From: an uncultured Armatimonadetes bacterium | GTDB lineage: Bacteria; Armatimonadota; Hebobacteria; Hebobacterales; Hebobacteraceae | Assembly (NCBI GenBank): GCA_963716175.1 | Contig: OY970296.1 | Location: forward strand, 832,001 to 896,000 | Length of the DNA: 64,000 bases | Reading direction: 5' to 3' | Translations under genes and position numbers: made by a program | The notes under the pieces: generated by a model | Seen by the model: only the letters and a program-made list of their open reading frames with translations | What the model was told of the DNA's origin: nothing | Database searches by the model: none | Shown: positions 50,671 through 60,394 of the stretch, piece after piece | Numbering within the stretch: position 1 is the first letter of the stretch | Layout: each line of letters begins with the position of its first letter

Positions 50671-53600
50671 GTGATCGAACGCATCATTGACTACTCTGCC
50701 CGGAACCCGTTCGTCATTGTGCTGTTCGTCATGATCATGATCGGCTGGGGGGTATGGTCACTGCTCAGCGTCCCCCTGGATGCCATCCCGGACCTCTCCG
50801 ATGTCCAGGTCATCATCTACACCGAGTGGCCGGGGCGCAGCCCCAATCTGGTGGAAGATCAGATCACCTACCCCATCGTCACCAGCCTGCTGGGCGCGCC
50901 GCGGGTGAGCGTGGTCAGGGGCCAGTCCATCTTCGGCGCGTCCTTTGTCTATGTCATCTTCGAGGACGGGACCGACATCTACTGGGCCCGCAGTCGCGTG
51001 CTGGAGTACATGAGCGGTGCCGCCGCCCGGCTGCCCGCCGGGGTGACGCCGCGCTTGGGGCCCGACGCCACCGGGGTGGGCTGGGTCTACGAGTACACGC
51101 TGGCCGAGAAACCCATAGACCCGGTGACTGGAAAGGTGATCTCGCGGCAGACCTTGTACCGCGAGGACTACGGCGGCAAGCTGTTCTTCTTCGCGTCCGG
51201 CGCTTCCCAGGCCAGCTTCAACGTCGACCCCGCGCGCTACGCCAGCCGGCCCTCCCACGTGCCATCGAAGTACAACCTGGCCCAACTGCGCGCCTTTCAG
51301 GACTGGCATCTCAAGTACTGGCTGAACAGCGTGCCCGGCGTGGCCGAGGTGGCCAGCGTGGGTGGTTTCCAGCAGCAGTATCAGGTGACCGTTGACCCCA
51401 ACGCCCTCTTCGCTTACGGCATCAGCATGGATCGGGTGATGACGGCCATCCGCGCCGGCAACAACGACGTAGGCGGAGGCACCATCGAGTTGTCCGGGAG
51501 GGAGTACATGGTGCGCGGCCGCGGCTACGTCAAGTCCATCGCCGACATCGAGAACATGCCGCTCGGCACCGACAACCGCGGCACGCCGGTCCTGGTGCGG
51601 GATGTGGGCAGTGTGCGGCTGGGCCCGGAGATGCGGCGGGGCGTCGCCGACCTGGACGGCGAAGGCGACGTGGTCGGGGGGATCGTGGTGATGCGGTTCG
51701 GCGAGAACGCGCTGAACGTGATCAACCGGGTGAAGGAGAGGATCCGGGAGATTCAGCCGGCCCTGCCGGAGGGCATCGAGCTCGTCCCCACCTACGACCG
51801 CTCTGCTCTGATCGCTCGCTCCATCGCCACCCTCCGCCGGACCCTGATCGAGGAGTCCATCATCGTCTCCCTGGTGATCATCATCTTCCTGCTGCACTTC
51901 CGTAGCGCGCTCCGCGCCATCGTCACCCTACCCATCGCGGTGCTGATCGCCTTCATCCCCATGTACTACATGCACCTCACCTCCAACATCATGTCCCTGG
52001 GAGGCATCGCCATCGCCATCGGGGCCATGGTGGACGAGGCGGTGGTGATGATCGAGAACGTGCATAAGAAGCTCGAGCACGCCCCGCCAGAGGCGAACCG
52101 CAAAGAGCTGATCATCGAGGCCTGCAAGGAGATCGGCCGCCCCATGTTCTTCTCCCTGCTGGTGATCACGGTCTCCTTCATGCCGGTGTTCACTCTCCAG
52201 CAGCAGGAGGGAAGGCTCTTCCGGCCCCTCGCCTACACCAAGACCTTCTCCATGGCCAGCGCCGCCATCCTCTCCATCACCCTCGCCCCCATGCTCATGG
52301 TCGTCCTGGGCAGCGGGGGCCGCATCGTCCCCGAGAGCCAGCATCCCATCTCCCGCTGGCTGCAAGGTTGGTATCACCCCTGGGTGAGCGCGCTCATCCG
52401 GCGCCGGGTGCTATCCATCATTATCGCCGTGCTCGCCGTGCTCTCCGCCGCGCCGCTCTTGCCCAGCGTCCACGACCTGCTGCCGGCTGCGATTCGCAGA
52501 CTGCCATTCGTCCATCGCCTCCGGTTGGGGTCTGAGTTCATGCCCGAGCTGAACGAGGGCGATCTCCTCTACATGCCCATCACCGTGCCTGGCATCTCCG
52601 TCACCTCCGCCCGCGACCTGCTGCAGGTCCAGGACAAGATTCTCCGCACCTTCCCGGAGGTGGAGCGCGTGTTCGGCAAGGTGGGCCGCTCTGACACCTC
52701 CACCGACCCCGCGCCCCTGAGCATGGTGGAGACCACCATCATGATCAAGCCCGAGTCCCAGTGGCGGCCGGGCATGACCTGGGAGAAGCTGAAGAGCGAA
52801 ATGGAGCGGGCCGTCTCCCTGCCCGGCACCAGGGGCTCGCTGCTGTGGCCCATCAAGACTCGCATTGACATGCTCACCACCGGCCTGCGCGCGCCTCTCG
52901 GCGTCAAGGTCTTCGGGCCCGACATCGCCGAATGCGAGCGCATCGGTGACCACATCGCCATGGTGCTGCACGATGTGCCCGGCACCGGCAGCTCCTACGT
53001 GGAGCGGGTCACCGGCGCCTCCTACATAGACATCATCCCCCGCCGCGCCGACGCCGCCCGCTATGGCCTGGGGGTGGAGGAGGTGCTGGCGATCGTCGAG
53101 TCCTCCATCGGCGGCATGGACGTAGACACCGCGGTGGAGGAAGAGAGCGCTACGGCATCAATGTCCGCTACTACCGCGAGCTGCGAGATGAGCTGGACAA
53201 GCTCGACCGGGTGTTGGTGCCGATTCCTTCGGGTGCCCACGTGCCCCTGGCCGAGCTGGCCGATATCCGCGTCACCACCGGGGCCGACATGATCCGCGAC
53301 GAGAATGGCTCGCTCAGCGGCTGGGTCCTGATCTACCCCACGCGTGATATTGGCAGCTACGTCGCCGACGCGCGCAAGGCGGTCGAGCGGAACGTCAAGG
53401 TGCCCCCGGGCTACTACCTCGACTGGTCAGGCCAGTACGAGTACCTGCGGCGGATGCACGACCGGCTGCTGATCGTGGTCCCCCTCACCATCTTCATCAT
53501 CATCGTGGTGCTCTACTTCAACTTCCACTCCGCCGCTGAGACTGCCATCGTGATGCTCTCCCTTCCCTTCGCCATCACCGGCAGCCTCTGGATGCTCCAC

Positions 53601-53990
53601 TTCCTCAACTATCGGCTCTCGGCTGCGGTCTGGGTGGGCATCATCGCCCTCGCCGGCCTCGCCGCCGAAACCGGCGTGGTGATGATCGTCTACCTGGACG
53701 AGGCCTTCCACCGCCACCAGCGGGAGGGCAAGATGCAGAGCCAGCACGATCTCTTCGCGGCCATCACCGAGGGAGCGGTGCAGCGGGTGCGTCCCAAGAT
53801 CATGACCGTGATGTGTATCCTCATGGGCCTGCTGCCCCTGATGTGGGCCCAGGGCTCGGGCGCAGATGTCATGCGCCGCATCGCCGCCCCCATGATCGGC
53901 GGTGTCATCACCTCCACCATCCTCACCCTCGAAATCGTCCCGGCGATCTACTCCTTCTGGAGACAGCGGCAGATCGGGCGGGGGGAGTGA
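50671..53990 (+). CDS. cusA: CusA/CzcA heavy-metal RND transporter; 1-nt deletion near 53140; YHS-like insert
   Basis: LDAIPDLSDVQVI, LGPDATGVGWV, Met triad (LLYMP, PLSMVET, RIDML); adding one G restores VEGRERYGINVRY and joins ORF 53211-53990 (AAETGVVM, RPKIMT). Confidence 0.93.
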
Positions 53991-54010
53991 ACCACCCGCG
54001 GGCCAACCCA

Positions 54011-54081
54011 ATAGGGCCGGCTTGCCCTGAGCGGAGCCGAAGGGCTCGTGACAGTCAGTAGGGTAGCTCCGCGACCTGCCC
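54011..54081. repeat. REP-like cluster including CCCTGAGCGGAGCCGAAGGG element
   Basis: 54025-54044 matches 12770-12789 at 18/20; GTAGGGTAG..GACCTGCCC resembles 12840-12863. Confidence 0.6.
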
Positions 54082-54182
54082 GCTGGTCCACGGCTGGTCC
54101 GCAGCCTGCGCACGCCGCGGCAACCACTGAAGCAAGGAGTTGAGGCCCCCGGGTCGAAGACAGGCGAAGCAAGGAGTGGCAC

Positions 54183-54962
54183 ATGGCGCGCATCTGCAAC
54201 TCGATGTACAGCTTCCATCGCTTGTTCTACGCAGGGAAGATGACTGCGACTGAGTTCCCGAGTGTCTGCGCCTCCCTGGGCATCAGGGAGATCGAGCCCT
54301 TGGACCGCTGGATCCCCAGCGATGACGCCGGGCTCTCTCGCTTCGAGGCCGCGATCAAGGAGGCGAACTGCGCGGTGGCCCAGCTCACCTGCGGCATCGG
54401 GCTGTTCGCGGCCGATGAGGCGAAGCGCCGGGAGAAGGTGGAGGAGGCGAAGCAGTGGGCCCGTATCGCCCACCGGCTCGGCGCGCCGGCAATGCGCATT
54501 GACACCGGCTGGGAGGTAGAGGACATGGCCCTGGGCATGAAGCAAGTGATCAAGAGCTTCCAGGAAATCGCTCCGCTGTGCGAAGAGTTGGGGGTGGTGG
54601 CGACCATCGAGAACCACGGCGGTGTGAGCAAGAGCGCCGACGACATCGTCAAGATCATCGAGGCCGTGGGCTCCAAGCACCTTGGGACTTGCCCCGATTT
54701 CGGCAACTTCGCCGAGGAAGTGCGCTACGATTCCCTGGCCAAGCTCGCGCCCTACGCCGCGCATATCCACGCCAAGACCCTCAAGTTCGATCCGCGGGGA
54801 AACGAGACTGCCTTCGACTACCCGCACTGCGTGAGGATATTCAGGGATGCCGGTTATCGGGGTGCCTGGGGCATCGAGTTCGAGGGGGAACTGGAGGGCG
54901 CGACGCCGGACGAGCTGACCGGAGTCAGGCTGACCAAGGCACTGCTGGAGCGGCTGGTCTAG
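54183..54962 (+). CDS. sugar phosphate isomerase/epimerase (xylose isomerase-like TIM barrel)
   Basis: IENHGG, CPDFGNF, HIHAK, GYRG..GIEFEG. Confidence 0.9.
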   Translation: MARICNSMYSFHRLFYAGKMTATEFPSVCASLGIREIEPLDRWIPSDDAGLSRFEAAIKEANCAVAQLTCGIGLFAADEAKRREKVEEAKQWARIAHRLGAPAMRIDTGWEVEDMALGMKQVIKSFQEIAPLCEELGVVATIENHGGVSKSADDIVKIIEAVGSKHLGTCPDFGNFAEEVRYDSLAKLAPYAAHIHAKTLKFDPRGNETAFDYPHCVRIFRDAGYRGAWGIEFEGELEGATPDELTGVRLTKALLERLV

Positions 54963-54979
54963 CCGCGAGCCCACGGGTG

Positions 54980-56977
54980 CTATCGGCCTGGTTCGTGCTT
55001 CTTGCAGCGGTAGATCGTTCGCGTCAGGTCGTCTGCGAGGCCCCACCACTCGCTTGGCTCGCAACAGCCGCGATCACCCCAGCCACTGTAGTCGCAGGCT
55101 ACGGCCATGCTGGGCAACAGAACAACTCGGCCCATGCTGCCCGCACACATCACGCCCGAGCCACCAACGAGGTCGTCCAGGCCGCTGACCATATCACGCA
55201 AGACTGCTCTGCACTCCAGCCCGAATTCCGACAGCACAATGCGCTCGGGAAGCTCGTGCATGTCACTCAGGCGGGCGATCAGAGCTGCGGCCCCGAGGTA
55301 CTCCAAGTGATTGGGGTGGAACTCGCCTTGGGGGGCGCTCATTATGCTGCCCAGATGTGCAACAAGCAGACGAGGCCTGGGTAACTCGTGAAAAGCGGCA
55401 ACCAATGGCAGGTCCTCGGCCCAACCTGTGTCTCCGGTGAAGGCCACGGTACCCTCGACGTTCCCAGGCTCCGCTGGGCTTAGCAGCTTCAGGGCCACAG
55501 ACAGCGCGTGCTCAGAACCCCCCAGTTCCTTATGCCGGGCGTGCAACGGCAAGGCCTCGATGCAGTACCCCGCCAGCGGTGTCGGTTCCCCCTCCATCAG
55601 GCGCACGAGGCCCCCGACATCCTGCGAAGTTGCCACCATCCCGGCGTAGGCCTCCAGGACCGAAGGGGCCAGGAACAGATCAACCTTCCGCTTTGCTGCG
55701 GGGTGCAGTTCATTGTACTCGTGCACCAACGTGAGAATGTGGGGCAGTTCAGCCACGTGGTCAATGTGGTTATGTGTCACCAGCACCCCGTCAACATCCG
55801 CTAACCCGAAACCCCCGTCATGCAGGTTGGCCAGGAAACCAGGCCCCGGGTCTACCACCAATCCTTTCCCACCCCACCGCAGAAGGTAGCCTCCACCACG
55901 CGCGGCACTTTCACCCGGCACCAGCGGTTGCCACGAATTCCACTCCCGGGCAAAGAACATGGCCTGGCCTGGTCCGCCGCCTCGTTTCGCCAGGAACGCC
56001 TCGCGGTCTTTGTCGGATCTGTCCACCCCTTCTAGAAGCGGCCCCAGTTGCTCTCCTGCGCGCTGCAAGAGCCCGCTCATCGCCGTCTGTTCGGGCGGCC
56101 TCGCGGTGCCCGACATCAGCGCCTCGATCTCACTCGCGTCGCTGGCCGCGATCGCTGCCCACCGAGGCAGGCCTAGTTCCCGGTACCCCGCCTCAGCCTG
56201 GCGAATGTGCTCCAGCGCGTCGCGCACCTTGCCGAGTTGGCGCAAGCACCGGCCTAGGCTGCGGCGCGCATTCGCCTCCCCCAGCCGAGACTTCACCTCC
56301 CGATAGATGCCCAAGGCCTCCTCGTGCCGACCCAATGCCTCCGAGTAACGGCCCTGCCTCCGCAGCGCGTCCCCCATCGAGTCCAGCGCATTCGCCTCCC
56401 CCACCCGAGACTTCAGCTCCCGGTAGATCCCCAACGCCTCCTCATGCCGAGCCAACGCCTCCGGGTCACGACCCTGCCCCCGCAGCGCCTCGCCCATCGA
56501 GTACAGCGCAGTCGCCTCCCCCAGCCGATCCTTCAGCTCCCGGTAGATCCCCAACGCCTCCTCATGCCGAGCCAACGCCTCCGGGTAACGGCCCTGCCCC
56601 CGCAGCGCGTCGCCCATCGAGTGCAGGGCATTCGCCTCCCCCTGCCGGTACTTCAGCTCCCGGTAGATCCCCAACGCCTCCTCATGCCGAGCCAACGCCT
56701 CCGCGTAACGGCCCTGCATGCGCAGCGCGTCGCCCATCCAGCGCAGCGCATTCGCCTCCCCCAGCCGATCCTTCAGCTCCCGGTAGATCCCCAACGCCTC
56801 CTCATGCCGAGCGACGGCCTCGTCGCAACGTTCCTGCCAGTAGGCCACCAGCCCGCGAAGCCAAGCGCAGTCTGCGGCCGCGGCGCGGGTTCCAGACCCG
56901 GCCACCTCCGCAATGGCCGCTTGGGCCTCGGCCCACCTCCGCCTAGATATGAGAGCCGCGATCTCCCCTCGCGTCAT
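54980..56977 (-). CDS. TPR (40-aa repeat) array fused to MBL-fold metallohydrolase
   Basis: ATG 56977 after GGAGGAGG; five ARHEEALGIYRELK.R.GEANAL..MGDALR.QGR units; GGGYLL, VVDPG, THNHIDH, FTGDTG, NHL. Confidence 0.85.
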   Translation of the reverse strand: MTRGEIAALISRRRWAEAQAAIAEVAGSGTRAAAADCAWLRGLVAYWQERCDEAVARHEEALGIYRELKDRLGEANALRWMGDALRMQGRYAEALARHEEALGIYRELKYRQGEANALHSMGDALRGQGRYPEALARHEEALGIYRELKDRLGEATALYSMGEALRGQGRDPEALARHEEALGIYRELKSRVGEANALDSMGDALRRQGRYSEALGRHEEALGIYREVKSRLGEANARRSLGRCLRQLGKVRDALEHIRQAEAGYRELGLPRWAAIAASDASEIEALMSGTARPPEQTAMSGLLQRAGEQLGPLLEGVDRSDKDREAFLAKRGGGPGQAMFFAREWNSWQPLVPGESAARGGGYLLRWGGKGLVVDPGPGFLANLHDGGFGLADVDGVLVTHNHIDHVAELPHILTLVHEYNELHPAAKRKVDLFLAPSVLEAYAGMVATSQDVGGLVRLMEGEPTPLAGYCIEALPLHARHKELGGSEHALSVALKLLSPAEPGNVEGTVAFTGDTGWAEDLPLVAAFHELPRPRLLVAHLGSIMSAPQGEFHPNHLEYLGAAALIARLSDMHELPERIVLSEFGLECRAVLRDMVSGLDDLVGGSGVMCAGSMGRVVLLPSMAVACDYSGWGDRGCCEPSEWWGLADDLTRTIYRCKKHEPGR
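56228..56827 (-). repeat. five tandem 120-bp coding repeats
   Basis: 42-bp block identical at 56411, 56531, 56651 and 56771. Confidence 0.92.
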
Positions 56978-57109
56978 CCTGGTCCTCCTCCCGGAGGCTG
57001 AGTACGGCGCGTGCATCGTATCATGCGTGCCAGGCAAGAGCAAGCGACCCGTCGGGCAGGGACTCCGACCCTGGGGGTCGAAGAATCGGCCCGAGCGGAG
57101 GAGACAGGA

Positions 57110-57856
57110 ATGGTGGAGCTGACCGATCGCGACCGCGAGATGTTCAAGCGGCAGATCCAGATGCCGGGGTTCGGGGAGGAGGCGCAGCGCAAGCTCAAGG
57201 CCTCCTCGGCCCTGGTGAGTCGGGTCGGCGGCCTGGGGGGGCCGACCGCGCTCTATCTCGCCATGGCCGGAATCGGCAAGCTCATCATCGCCCACTCGGG
57301 CAACCTCACCTGGTCGAACCTGAACCGGCAGATCCTGATGCGATATGACTACGTGGGCAAGCCCCGCATCGAGTGCGCCGGCGAGCTGTTCGCGCGACTG
57401 AACCCGCATGTCGAGGTGGTGGCGATCGGCGAGAACGCCAACCTGGAGCGGGCGCGGGAGTGGGTCTCCCAGGTGGATGTCGTGTGCGATTGCCCGCCCA
57501 GCTTCGAGGAGCGCTACGCGCTCAACCAGGCCTGCGTGGAGCTGCGCAAGCCCATGATCGAGGCCGCCATGTATGGGATGGAGGGCAGCCTCACCACCAT
57601 CATCCCCGGCGAGACGCCCTGCCTCGCCTGCCTGGTGCCGGAGCAGCCGGCCTGGTGGCGCCCCCTCGGGTTCCCGGTCCTGGGGGCAGTCTCCGCGGCT
57701 CTGGGATGCTTCACCGCGGTCGAGGCCATGAAAGTGCTTACCGGATTCGGCAAGCCTCTGAAGGGTCAGATGCTAACCTACGATGCCGACGAAATGGAGT
57801 TCCTCAAGTTCCCGGTGAAGCGGCGGCCCAACTGCCCTGTGTGCGGCCACCTCTAG
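57110..57856 (+). CDS. HesA/MoeB/ThiF family E1-like adenylyltransferase
   Basis: RQI....GEEAQRKLK, GGLG, SNLNRQI, TPCLACL, CPVCG; start ATG 57110. Confidence 0.9.
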   Translation: MVELTDRDREMFKRQIQMPGFGEEAQRKLKASSALVSRVGGLGGPTALYLAMAGIGKLIIAHSGNLTWSNLNRQILMRYDYVGKPRIECAGELFARLNPHVEVVAIGENANLERAREWVSQVDVVCDCPPSFEERYALNQACVELRKPMIEAAMYGMEGSLTTIIPGETPCLACLVPEQPAWWRPLGFPVLGAVSAALGCFTAVEAMKVLTGFGKPLKGQMLTYDADEMEFLKFPVKRRPNCPVCGHL

Positions 57857-57892
57857 CCGATAGGCGGTACCAAGCAAGGCAAGATAGCGCCT

Positions 57893-58828
57893 ATGGCAAA
57901 GGCAAAGAAGCCGGGCAGCAAGATGGCGGCCAAGGTATCGTCACGCGCGAAGCGGCCCACCGCGGCGAAGAGGAAGGTCCCGGCCGGGGCGAAGGCCGCG
58001 CAGGCGCCGGTGCTGCTGCGCCCCGTGCCGCTCTATGAGTTCACCACCGCCGGCCTGGCTGGCCACGTGCGCCTGACCGATCCGGGCCGGGGGATCACCT
58101 TCTCCGCCGGCGCCGAGGGCAAGCCGCTCCCCGCCTTCTCCCAGGAGGTCCTTTCCCTCCGCCACTACCTCGCGCGAGCCGACAGCGGCCTGCTGGCGCC
58201 GCGAGAGGAGTCGGCCTGCGAGGGCAAGATCGACAAGCAGACCGTGGTCTTCAGCTATGAACGCCCGCCCAGTTGGCCGGTGACGGCCAGCGTCCGCTAC
58301 CAGCTGCTGCCCGAGGGCGGGGCCGACGCCAGCTTCGCCTTCCGTTTCGCCAAGCCGCTCTGGGGGTTCGAGGCCGGCATCGAGACCCTGATGCCCAGGT
58401 ACCACCCCTCCGTCTACGTTCACTCGGGTGGCGCTTGGGCCCGCGCCGTGCCGGGGCCCCAGGCCCAGCGCTTCTACCCGCGCAACCTGCGCGCGGCGGA
58501 GCTGATCGCCGATGGGCGCTGGGACGCGCTGCGCCTGGCCGGCATCGCCCTGGCGGTCGAGCCGCAGGGCTACGACTACCCCGTGGTGGTAGTACGGGAC
58601 GAGAGAACTGGCTGGGCGCTGGTCTACATGGCGCTCACCGAGGAGTGCAGCTCGGTCTGGGTGAACGGCGCCCACCGTACCATTGGCCTGGCCCTGGTGG
58701 GTGCGGATGTGAAAGCGCAGTCCACCGCCAACTGCCGGCTGCGCGTCGCCCTCTGCCAGGCGGGTGGGCTCGATGACGCGCTCTCGCACTACCGCGGCTT
58801 CGTCCAAGAAGCACGCGGGCGACAGTAG
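57893..58828 (+). CDS. hypothetical protein with Lys/Ala-rich N-terminal tail
   Basis: Basic low-complexity N-terminus followed by a beta-rich domain. Confidence 0.65.
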   Translation: MAKAKKPGSKMAAKVSSRAKRPTAAKRKVPAGAKAAQAPVLLRPVPLYEFTTAGLAGHVRLTDPGRGITFSAGAEGKPLPAFSQEVLSLRHYLARADSGLLAPREESACEGKIDKQTVVFSYERPPSWPVTASVRYQLLPEGGADASFAFRFAKPLWGFEAGIETLMPRYHPSVYVHSGGAWARAVPGPQAQRFYPRNLRAAELIADGRWDALRLAGIALAVEPQGYDYPVVVVRDERTGWALVYMALTEECSSVWVNGAHRTIGLALVGADVKAQSTANCRLRVALCQAGGLDDALSHYRGFVQEARGRQ

Positions 58829-58902
58829 CCGCTGCCTGCCTTCGGCCTTGCCCTCTCCTTCTGCCCGCCGGAGAAGACGGCTGCTCGCCGGCGTGTCCCT
58901 GC

Positions 58903-60309
58903 TTACCTGATCTGACTCGAGGCCGGAGAGAAGGCCCTCTGGGCCGCGCGCCACGGGCTGATCATCAGGTGGTGGACCAGGTCGCGCAACCGCCGCGGCT
59001 GCTCCTCCGGCAGGTGAGGTATGACCAGGAACGTGTGCAGCAGCCTCGCCGCGATGGAGAGAAACATCAGGAAATGGAGATGGCCAAAGGTGTAGCTGGC
59101 GAGATGGAAGTGCACCGGCTTCAGGGCCTGGGCCAGCGCGCCACTGAGGGTGGGGGCGACGACCCAGCCCAGGCTGGAGGCGAAAGCCAGCATCGCCATA
59201 TAGGCCGAGCGGTTCTCCCGCGGGGTGAGCGCGAACAGCATGTTCATATCGCCCACCTGGATGGCGGCCCCGAACAGCCCACCGACGAGGGCCGAGGCGG
59301 CCAGCAGCACATGGTAGTGGCCGGGCGTGGCCAGCGCCCAGCACACGGGGTAGCTCAGGCTCATCAGGGTGCCCAGGGTGACCAGGGGCCTGGAGCCAAA
59401 GCGATCGCAGACCGCGCCCCAGGCCGGCAGCGCGATAGCCGTGAAGATCATGGGCAGCACGTTGACATAGGCATTGGAGTAGAAGTTGCCGATCTTCAGG
59501 AACTCCAGGCTCATCAGCCAGAAGAACGGGCCCGCGATCCCGAACATGAAGGACTCGCTCAAGGCGTACAGCAGATAGCCGCGAAAGGGCCGGTTGCCGA
59601 GCGGGCCCAGGATCACATCGCGGAGCCGCCAGGGCGGGCCCTGGCGGGCCGGCATGGGCGGCTCCCGGACCGTCCAGAACAATTGGATGTCAACCAGGCC
59701 AACCACGGCCGCGGCGCTGAAGATGATAGTGAACACGGTGAAGCTGCTATCGCGATCAACCACCCAGGAGACCGCGGCCGAGACTATCACCGCGGTGGCG
59801 GTGGCAAGGGCGGCGCGCTTGCCCAGGTAGCGGCCGCGAATCCTCTCGGGCACCACGTCGGCAAACCAGGAGAACCAGGCCGGGTTGGCGACATGACCAC
59901 AGGTCGCTCCCACCATCATCAGCGCGAGCAGCGCCGCTATCCGCAGGCTCGGATATCGGTCGGAGACGATCCAGGGCAGTGCCGCGACGCCCAGCCAGAT
60001 CAGCCGGTTGCCGGAGAAGGCGCTCATGAACAAGAGCCGACGTCTGCGCTTGCGCTCCACCCAGTAAGAGCCCGGCAACTGCGCCAGCACCGCCGCGAAC
60101 GGCAGCGCGGACAGCAGCCCGAACATGAACGTCGAAACCCCCAGCCGGGTGCGGGCGAAGGTCACGAAGGGCGCGCCCGAGACCATGCTCGCCCAGGCCG
60201 ACCCGAAGATGCCCCAGGCGAGGGCCGCGATCATGAGCGCGTGCCGCGTCTCGGCGGGGCTCAGTGGTTGATCCCTATCGGGAGTGGTCGGGTCCGGGCC
60301 GGTCGGCAC
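58903..60309 (-). CDS. MFS transporter
   Basis: About 12 TM; W.SW.ADVVPERIRGRY, WGAVCDRFGSRP. Confidence 0.9.
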   Translation of the reverse strand: MPTGPDPTTPDRDQPLSPAETRHALMIAALAWGIFGSAWASMVSGAPFVTFARTRLGVSTFMFGLLSALPFAAVLAQLPGSYWVERKRRRRLLFMSAFSGNRLIWLGVAALPWIVSDRYPSLRIAALLALMMVGATCGHVANPAWFSWFADVVPERIRGRYLGKRAALATATAVIVSAAVSWVVDRDSSFTVFTIIFSAAAVVGLVDIQLFWTVREPPMPARQGPPWRLRDVILGPLGNRPFRGYLLYALSESFMFGIAGPFFWLMSLEFLKIGNFYSNAYVNVLPMIFTAIALPAWGAVCDRFGSRPLVTLGTLMSLSYPVCWALATPGHYHVLLAASALVGGLFGAAIQVGDMNMLFALTPRENRSAYMAMLAFASSLGWVVAPTLSGALAQALKPVHFHLASYTFGHLHFLMFLSIAARLLHTFLVIPHLPEEQPRRLRDLVHHLMISPWRAAQRAFSPASSQIR

Positions 60310-60394
60310 AGCTAGCTCTTCTCTGCCTGGGTCTTCACTAGCATTCGCCCTGGCCCCTGCGCCGCCCTGCGCCGGGCGCGGTCCGAAGGCCGCG

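Noticed and set aside
56228-56827. CRISPR array or DGR template interpretation of the regular repeats
   Set aside because: The unit is 120 bp, in frame and encodes TPRs; there are no unique spacers, cas genes or reverse transcriptase
54980-57409. 809-aa version of the TPR-MBL ORF
   Set aside because: The upstream part is antisense to moeB/thiF; the strong RBS is at ATG 56977
182-60315. Numerous long antisense or alternative-frame ORFs (e.g. 9793-11250, 24725-26317, 35560-37035, 44229-45713, 53427-55064)
   Set aside because: Expected shadows in high-GC DNA, overlapping well-supported genes and without recognisable motifs
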